From assembly GCF_006345805.1 (NCBI RefSeq), contig NC_043018.1:17298001-17362000 (forward strand): DNA of 64,000 nucleotides, in the 5' to 3' direction. Positions 55,031 through 64,000 of this stretch are shown piece after piece. The translations under genes were made by a program, and so were the position numbers. The stretch is from Octopus sinensis. Lineage: Eukaryota. Each line of letters begins with the position of its first letter. Positions within the stretch are counted from its first letter, which is position 1. The notes beneath the pieces were generated by a model that saw only the letters and a program-made list of their open reading frames with translations, did no database searches and had not been told where the DNA came from.

Positions 55031-56108
55031 TACTTAAATACATACACACATATATTGATGTTTATGTGTGAGCATTTATTTATATATATATAGGTATTTA
55101 TTTACACACACACTCGTATATCTAAAGAGAGATACAGGGGGAGAAAGACAGTCAGAAAGATAGAGCAACAGAGTTTTAGAAATATAGAGCAAAGAGTTTA
55201 AAAAATATATACACAAAAGCACACATGGACAAATATAAGTGTACGAATGCGTTTATGTGTGAATCTGTCCGTGTTGAGCTTATATATGTATTCATGCAGG
55301 AGCGTCATTCTCTACATATGAATACGTTGACACCAACGACGATATCTGACAACTGCTACTACGTTACTCTTTCTTTTCAATTTTAACGCGATACGTTTTT
55401 TTTTAAGAGAGTGTCATAAAATATATATAAAATCATAACGACGTCTCTATGCTCAGCTACGCTGGAAAATGTGGTGAGAGAGGAACATTACCGAAAATTT
55501 AAAATCAAATTCTTTTCAATGGTGCAATAAATAAAATCAGATTTGCATTAACCCATCTAAATTACCCGCAACACTCTATTGAAAGCGATTGCACTGATAT
55601 TTTTTAACGGATACAAAAACTGAAAAAAAAAAAAAGAAATTATAAAAAATATAGTTAGAAAAATAGAAAACAGTAATTAGTAAAGCATAATGTTATAGGA
55701 ATAAATATCGACGATTATTCCTATAACGATTATTCCAATAACGGTATATTCATCTTTTGTTGATAATATGATATCTTCAGTATTCGAAACTGTGGCAGAT
55801 CAAACGTCTCGTTGTATTTTGTTTAATTTCAAGGTGTCACAAATCTCACAACTATTGATCGATCTTTCAAAAACTGAGGTCGATGAAAAAAGATGAAGTA
55901 AACCTCTCCGCGTATCGATTTCATTTGCTGTTGTTTTATAGGAAATAGTAAAGAAAGATATCATTGTCGATGCAACGAAAATGATATGACGGTGAATTCC
56001 ACGTGTTTCGAAAACTCTCTTGAAGAGTCAGATGCACTATTAATTCCTTACAAAAATGAATATAAATACAATCAACGTAACGTTATTAGATGCATATATT
56101 TCCCTATC

Positions 56109-56490
56109 GTGGAGGTGCAATGGCCCAGTGGTTAGGGCAGCGGACTCGCGGTCGTAGGATCGCGGTTTCGATTCCCAGACCGGGCGTTGTGAGTGTTTAT
56201 TGAGCGAAAACACCTAATGCTCCATGGGGCTCCGGCAGGGATGGTGGTGATCCCTGCTGTACTCTTTCACCACAACTTTCTCTCACTCTTACTTCCTGTT
56301 TCTGTTGTACCTGTATTTCAAAGGGCCGGCCTTGTCACTCTCTGTGTCACGCTGAATATCCCCGAGATCTACGTTAAGGGTACACGTGTCTGTGGAATGC
56401 TCCTCCACTTACACGTTAATTTCACGAGCAGGCTGTTCCGTTGATCGGATCAACCGGAACCCTCGTCGTCGTAACCGACAGAGTGCTTCC
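56109..56490 (+). mobile_element. SINE family A, long tail type 1
   Basis: A and B boxes present; 13-bp TSD with 2 mismatches (ATATTTCCCTATC 56096-56108 versus ATATTTCACTGTC 56491-56503). Confidence 0.95.
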
Positions 56491-56836
56491 ATATTTCACT
56501 GTCATTTTCCTCAGTTGAATGGCAGTAAAATGTGTTGAACAACCGCACACATATTTAAAAAGGCGTGCGAACGTATCGACAGACCATATTTATAATGAAC
56601 TGGTGAAATAGTGGAAAAGCGTTGGCATGTTGCCAGGTGAGTGGTCTATTATAGCCATACCATCACTAAATGAGTAGGCTGTAATGAGGAATACCTTTCC
56701 TGTTATACTTGTTTTACTTGGAATGAATTCAATTGTACCTGCCACAGTATATCTACAACTGGTATGCAGGTGTGTATTTATACACATACATACACACACA
56801 CACATACATACATACATGCATACATACATACATACA

Positions 56837-56868
<32 letters not shown>

Positions 56869-57088
56869 CATACATACATACATACATATATATATTGAAT
56901 GAAATTTTTTAACCTGTGGAAGTCACGCTAGATGCCGAAATATCGTTCAACCAATTTCACATGAAATAATCCCAGGCCACTATAGCCCCAGGTCATGTCT
57001 ACCTTAATAGCAACACCTGGTATATGTATATATGTATCTATATATGTGTTTCTACATATATGTATACCCAATCGTAAACACACACACA

Positions 57089-57126
<38 letters not shown>

Positions 57127-57161
57127 TATTATATATATATATATATATATATTATAGATAG

Positions 57162-57226
<65 letters not shown>

Positions 57227-57783
57227 ATGATAGATAGATATAGATATACAGACACACAAAAACGCACAAACACACGCGCACACACACATACACAGAGACA
57301 AATATATATATATATATATATATACATACACACATACACACATATATATATATATATATATATACATACGCGTCTGAACATTGCGTGCTCAGTGCGTGGG
57401 CATGCTTACACATACATGCTCATTAGTTATGCATACATAGTTATCCCGTGCCTGTTACGCAAACACGCACACATTGATGAACAGGTATTTTCATAGAGTG
57501 ATAAGAACAACTCCACGTGAAACACCTACAGACACACACACACAGACACACACTTACACTTACGCCAACGTGGCCAAGCCCAAATCGGTTTCCATTTATC
57601 AGCTCGATGTAAATCTGACCCTACCTTTCCCTCGTTTAACCTTATCAAAGTAATGCTGTTACATCAAGCAGCCTTCCTACAAACCCACGCAACAGTGCAA
57701 GCTGTGCTACTGTAAACCTTTTCATTTCACTTAAACCAATTCTTTCAACACATTCGTCCCCTACACACACAGAGAGACGCAGA

Positions 57784-58074
57784 CACACAAATACACACAG
57801 TCACACACATACACATAGAATCACACACACACCCTCGCATATACGCTCACAGTGAGATATCGAATGTTCTACACAGAGCATACACAAATACACACTGTCA
57901 CACACATACGCATAGAATCACGCACACACCCTCGCATATACGCTCACAGTGAGACATCGAATGTTCTACACAGAGCATACACAAATACACATAGTCACAC
58001 ACATACACATAGAATCACACTCACACCCTCGCATATACGCTCACAGTGAGATATCGAAAGTTCTACACGGAGCA
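57784..58074. repeat. Minisatellite, 3 x 97 bp
   Basis: The anchor AGTGAG occurs at 57851, 57948 and 58045. Confidence 0.92.
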
Positions 58075-58621
58075 TTCAACAAAATGCAAAACCCACCGAT
58101 ACTCAAACACATATACGTCTACACACACACACACAACTCGTCTCTGTAATCCGTATTTTTCAAAAGAGGAGCCGCACAAATGAAAACAATAAAAAACAAC
58201 GGGAAATTTTGTTACGTAAGTGATGAGAATATTAAACAAAAGCAAATTATTTATATACTTTTATGATACACACACACATGCACACACACATATACATACA
58301 GTTCTACTACCCCATGAGATAAGTGAAAATCCGCAAAGTGGAAACAATATCGTACTGTATATCATTATTCCTATTATTTTCGTTCCACCACACACGATCT
58401 CAGATCAAGCCACTCGCTATGAGAGTACATCAATATACATATATATATATATATATTATATATATATATAATATATATATATATATATAATTTATATAAT
58501 ATATATACATATATATATATATGTGGTGTGTGCGTATGTGTGCGTATATATATATAATAATATATATATATATATTATATATATATATATATATAATATA
58601 TATATAGTATATATAATACTT

Positions 58622-58677
<56 letters not shown>

Positions 58678-58761
58678 AATCAATATAGGGTAGCAAAAAA
58701 AATTCAATAGAAATTTTTTCGCCACAAGCGGTCTAGTGAGAAAAGGAAAATAGTCAGAGAC

Positions 58762-59010
58762 TATATATATAAATTCAACAACAATTGAGGAACGGCTTCG
58801 AAAGGCCATTCAACCCACTAGAAAGAGCAGCCACGACTCAAACCGCCAAGCAGTAGTAATTCAGAAATTAAAGGAAAATTAAAAATAGGGTAAATGTTTT
58901 TTAATTTCTGAATTACTACTACTTGGCGGTTTGAGTCCTGACTGCTCTTTCTAGTGGGTTGAATGGCCTATCGAAGCCGTTCCTCAATTGTTGTTGAATT
59001 TATATATATA
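58762..59010. mobile_element. Near-perfect 249-bp fold-back element in a (TA)n context
   Basis: 111-bp arms (58762-58872 and 58900-59010) with 4 mismatches and a 27-nt spacer. Confidence 0.9.
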
Positions 59011-59081
59011 TACAGGGACAGAGAGAGAAAGAGAGATAGATGGATAGCTAGATAGGTAAATACGTAGATAGATACATAGAT

Positions 59082-59487
59082 TTATTCTTACTTGTTTCAG
59101 TTATTATACTACGGCCATGCTGGGGCACGCCTTGGATAATTTTTAGTTGAATGAATCGAATTCAGTACTTATTGTTTTGAAGCCACGTACTTATACTATT
59201 TTCCTTCTTTGCCGCACCGCTAATATACGGGGACGTAAAGACACCAACACCGGTTGCCAAGCAGCGATGGAGGGATGAACACAGACACAAATATATGCAT
59301 ACATAGATATATACTTATGATATATACGACATGCTTCTTTCAGTTTCTGTCAGCTAAATCCACTCTCAAAGCTTCGTTTGGTCTGAGGCTATTGTAAGAG
59401 ACACTTGCCCAATATGGCAAACTGTGGGACAGAACCCGTAACCATGTGGTTGCGAAGTAAGCTACTTGCCACAAAACCACACCTATG
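59082..59487 (-). mobile_element. SINE family C, diverged
   Basis: Reverse complement is colinear with 33376-33785. Confidence 0.85.
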
Positions 59488-59589
59488 CTTAATAAAATAA
59501 TGAAGAGTCATAATCGATTTTAGCAACTTATCGGTGTCCCGTCAGAACTGTCTGCACCATATATTATATATATATATATAACTTTGATA

Positions 59590-59840
59590 ACTTATATATG
59601 TTTCGACCAAAGATTGGTCCAGCCCATGTCTAACTTAATAGCACCACCTGACAGGATTATTCGAATCCTGTTTAAGTCAAGTTTTGTTCAAGTAGTGAGT
59701 TCTTGTTGGGTGATTTGTATCCAATTATGGGTGGTTTATCTGGTATTCTTTGAAGGAATCTATCCAGACTCCGTTTAAAGTTGATGGGATCCTTTTCCTC
59801 TTTGAATTCCCTCGGGACAATGTTAAATAGGGCAGGGCCT
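59590..59840 (-). mobile_element. CR1/L2-group LINE 3' end
   Basis: GPALFNIVPREFKEEKDPINFKRSLDRFLQRIPDKPPIIGYKSPNKNSLLEQNLT*, followed by an 8-bp stem-loop at 59651-59671. Confidence 0.75.
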
Positions 59841-59886
59841 GTTGAAGAAAAGAAATTATGTTGCAGTGTACATGTATGTTGTGATC

Positions 59887-59965
<79 letters not shown>

Positions 59966-59973
59966 ATAGATAT

Positions 59974-60019
<46 letters not shown>

Positions 60020-60040
60020 GAGATAGATAGATAGATAGAG

Positions 60041-60077
<37 letters not shown>

Positions 60078-60639
60078 TAACTTTTAATTTTTAACTTCAG
60101 TGGTTCCTGATCAGGTAATATTACTTTGGTGATGATGTGGTTATCACATCGAGGCATCAATAATGACTTTATATTTAGATTACGCATTGAGCCTTGTATT
60201 TAATTCACGGAATGTAAATCGGTTAACAAATAGCTTATTTAAGCTCGTAGGCATCAAACACTAACGGACAAGTCTATATTAAAGCAAAATAGCGTTCCTT
60301 TCATCACTTCCACACTTGCGCTGCAGCACTGCGTGTGTAAAAGGATACATTTCGTGCAGCACGCACTTTAATCAGAATTTCAACGACATTTTTGCACGCA
60401 AGTAATAAACAAAAAGGAAAATCTAAACGCACGAAGAATTTTAGAGTAGATTTTTATCTTACAGCAATCTCACCACCTGTGTATACGGACATTAGTTACG
60501 CATATATAAACCTGCTCACAATCAACGTATGCGCATGTATGATTATATATATATAAGTGTGGGTATGATAAATATATATATGAATGTATGTATATATTTG
60601 CAAACATATAACCGTATACTTACTAGTATATTTATATCT

Positions 60640-60654
60640 TTAGCTATATATATG

Positions 60655-60690
<36 letters not shown>

Positions 60691-61014
60691 TGAATATATA
60701 TGTATATATATGTATATACATGCATATATATGTATATGTATATATATCTATATATGTATATATATGTATATATATGTATATATATGTATATATATGTATA
60801 TACATGCATATATATGTATATGTATATATATGTATATATGTATATATATGTATATATATGTGTATATATGTGTATATATATGTGTATATATGTATATATA
60901 TGTGTAGATATATAATATGTGTGTATATATATATGTGTGTATATATATATGTGTGTATATATATATATGTGTACATATATATGTATATATATATGTATAT
61001 ATATATATATGTGC

Positions 61015-61060
<46 letters not shown>
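60640..61060. repeat. (TATATG)-type higher-order microsatellite
   Basis: 10-bp TATATGTATA units; the CATGCA anchor repeats at 84-bp spacing (60719, 60803). Confidence 0.85.
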
Positions 61061-61066
<6 letters not shown>

Positions 61067-62535
61067 TGTGTATATATTTACAACGTAACAGAGAAAAATT
61101 GTAGATAGACGGATACATACATATATACTTACGTACGTACGTATATACATACAAATATACTTACATATTTGGCCGTTAGTAGGACATAGCGTTCATGTTT
61201 CTCATGCACTATTAAAAGGTAAATTAATTTCTCATGTGTGCCATAGCATGGCTCTAGGCTAACAAAATGTCAAATTATTTCTATTTCGTTTGTCATGCAT
61301 CCTTGATTATATGCAGAATCCTTTGTTAACGAGTGTATATGTCACTCGTAGTTACAGTTTACCTGCTGATGTATAGCAATAAACTTTTCACATTATAAGC
61401 TATCACGTACAAAATTTAACTAATTACACATCACCAACACCATCACTTTATTTTGGCAAAATATGACTCGTGGCAGGTATCCAGTACATTCGAATCCTTC
61501 CTGGGCGAAATTTTAATTTATTTTCTTATCCAAATCTAATTAGATCCTCAGAGTTTTCTTTTCGCGAACGATAACGTTGACAATGGAGTTTCTTCGAAAT
61601 TAATATATTGCACCTAACATAATACAGTGGAAAATTCGGAAATAGAATTTTGTGTTAATTGGTTTTCTGTGACGTTTAACTGATTTAAGACTAAATGTAT
61701 TTACCCTTTATTTATCCCTGCACCAGTTCCCTTCTTTTAGAAAAGGAGAGAAGTTTGAAATTACCATCCTGTCAACGGCGAAGAAAAATCGACATTAATC
61801 GATTTCTTGTCTAAAGCTATTTATTCATTGATTCAGTGTTTCTTAATTAGTGAGGTGAATCTATATTTCTGTTTAATTTAATATTTGTCTGGCGTGTGGA
61901 GTTTGGAAGCTACTTCGATCCTCAGTGAGGCCGCTTTATTGACACCTAAGATGACAGCAGAGGCATGTTGCACATTAAATGTAAAATGATAATTCTATCT
62001 AACGTACATTGGCAACACCCTATTAAGATTTTATTGTTTCGATGTTAGTTCTTGAAAATATTAGCTTTCATCTGTTTACTCATTTATTTAAACCTTTCAA
62101 GGATTTCAGTGAATTCATCTAATTGTCTTACTTGCAGATAATTCCATGTAGAACGTTCAAATCCTCTTTTGCAGTGAAGCCACATTTATTCACAAGCTTT
62201 GTTGCAATCCACAGATTGATATTCTTTTAGAGATTTTTTTTTCTTTTCTCCTTATAATCTCATTTTTATCAGGATTATGGTTAAACTTTTGAAATTGGAA
62301 CCTGAATTCAGATTGGTACTCAGGCTTCCCTTCTTCATCTTTGAGGCGTTGTTGAGCCTTGTGCTCACCTTGGCTGCCCATCGTTTCTTGGAATTCTAAT
62401 TCTTTTCCATCTTTATAGTTGAAATAGGTGTTTACAAAATAAACAGTTATTTTCATTGGTTAGGATCGTAGGAAGAACTTTTCATGCGAGCATGTATGTG
62501 TGTAAGTGCGTGAGCATGTACGCATGTATGTACAT

Positions 62536-62917
62536 GGAGGCGCAATGGCCCAGTGGTTAGGGCAGCGGACTCGCGGTCGGAGGATCGCGGTTTCGATTCC
62601 CAGACCGGGTATTGTGAGTGTTTATTGAGCGAAAACACCTAAAGCTCCATGAGGCTCCGGCAGGGGGTGGTGGTAAACCCTGCTGTACTCTTTCACCACA
62701 ACTTTCTCTCACTCTTTCTTCCTGTTTCTGTTGTACCTGTATTTCAAGGGGCCAGCCTTGTCACATCATGTGTGTCACGCTGAATCTCCCCGAGAACTAC
62801 ATTAAGAGTATACGTGTCTGTGGAATGCTCAGCCGCTTGCACGTTAATATCACGAGCAAGCTGTTCCGTTGATCGTATCAGCTGGGACCCTCATCGTCGC
62901 AACCGATGGAGTGCTCC
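62536..62917 (+). mobile_element. SINE family A, long tail type 1
   Basis: 12-bp TSD ATGTATGTACAT at 62524-62535 and 62923-62934. Confidence 0.95.
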
Positions 62918-63469
62918 TATATATGTATGTACATAGGAATGTATATAAGTATGTAAGCATGTATCTGCATATGTATGGATTTATAGGTATATTTATGGAA
63001 GGATTAATGATTGAATACTTTTAAAATTTTATTTAGGAGAAAGGCAATATCTATGATCTTTTACAGGACAGTAAAAAAAGGGGAAGAAAAAGCGAGAGAG
63101 GAACTTGTCCTGGAACTGGAGACTTTTCATGAAATCTTACCAGAGTTCGATCTGGTCTTAATATATCAAAGCTGCCACCCAAGGGGCGGTTTGTCGCGAA
63201 CGGCACCAGGCGAAATTTGAACTCAGTCTGAATAGAGTAAATGTAACACACTTAGTCGCGTTAACAAAGCGGTGTGGGTTCGACTCCCATGCGGATAGGA
63301 AATACTTCTTTTTCCTGTCCAGGGCTTATATGCCCCTTTATTAGACTATTTTTCTTAGTCATTGTCCTGTGATCGGCATAAGCTTAAAGCTTATATAAAA
63401 TGCCATTATTAGTATTTACAGAATTCTAAAAACGGCGCCATATAAAAGACCATTCGCACCGAAATATAT

Positions 63470-63778
<309 letters not shown>

Positions 63779-64000
63779 CATGCACATGCGTTGTATACCT
63801 TCTTGATTATGTATATCCATACCAATACAAGGATTTGTTGCCCATTTCAGAGATTAGTAGTATGCTAATAGTTGAGATTTTAAGTTTTTTTTGAATTTTT
63901 TTTATGTTGTTTGACCACCAAAGGGAAGAAGGGGACCAATGTGAAATGGAAAGAGCGCGGGTGTTTGTTACTTGAGGTAGACACTGAAGACAAGCGAGAC

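Noticed and set aside
55995-56035. Minus-strand GAAAC-ACGT-GG hammerhead-like string
   Set aside because: At least three core mismatches and no stem I.
57784-58074. CRISPR-like array
   Set aside because: Whole units repeat with no unique spacers, and the context is eukaryotic with no cas genes.
61715-61780. FPSFRKGEKFEITIL, galectin-like peptide
   Set aside because: A stop follows within 10 codons, and the flanking galectin motifs and a donor site are absent.
62190-62456. Non-repetitive 88-aa minus-strand ORF with an internal GTGAGC donor
   Set aside because: No recognisable domain and a weak acceptor.
63011-63220. ORF with EEKAREELVLELETFHEILPEF
   Set aside because: Protein-like but unrecognised, with no convincing donor.
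63274-63290. tRNA T-arm-like GTGGG-TTCGACT-CCCAT
   Set aside because: No D-arm, anticodon arm or acceptor stem can be built; at most a SINE-head relic.

Overview
AT-rich eukaryotic non-coding DNA with no supportable host protein-coding gene, rRNA, tRNA gene or CRISPR array. Much of the window is microsatellite: (TA)n, (GATA)n, (CATA)n, (CA)n, (CAT)n, (CTT)n and (AAT)n. Most of the listed ORFs are translations of these tracts. The SINE complement resembles repeats I recall from Octopus, so the source is probably an octopod intron or intergenic region (inference, unverified). The rest is a record of mobile elements: four tRNA-like SINE families (several with clear 10-13 bp TSDs), LINE remnants (RTE, R4/Dong, CR1-like, HERO-like), two Penelope-like GIY-YIG remnants, mariner, Chapaev-like and piggyBac-like transposase remnants, a Helentron-type non-autonomous element and several fold-back elements. 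The best leads are: (1) a hammerhead ribozyme at 7090-7180 with an intact catalytic core and a palindromic stem III, downstream of a Penelope remnant; (2) a composite of a Dong/R4 LINE and an unexplained ~560-bp element, sitting in (TAA)n and bracketed by a duplicated interrupted-microsatellite signature; (3) SINEs with swappable 3' modules; (4) several long hairpins. All alignments and translations were done by eye and family names were not database-checked.
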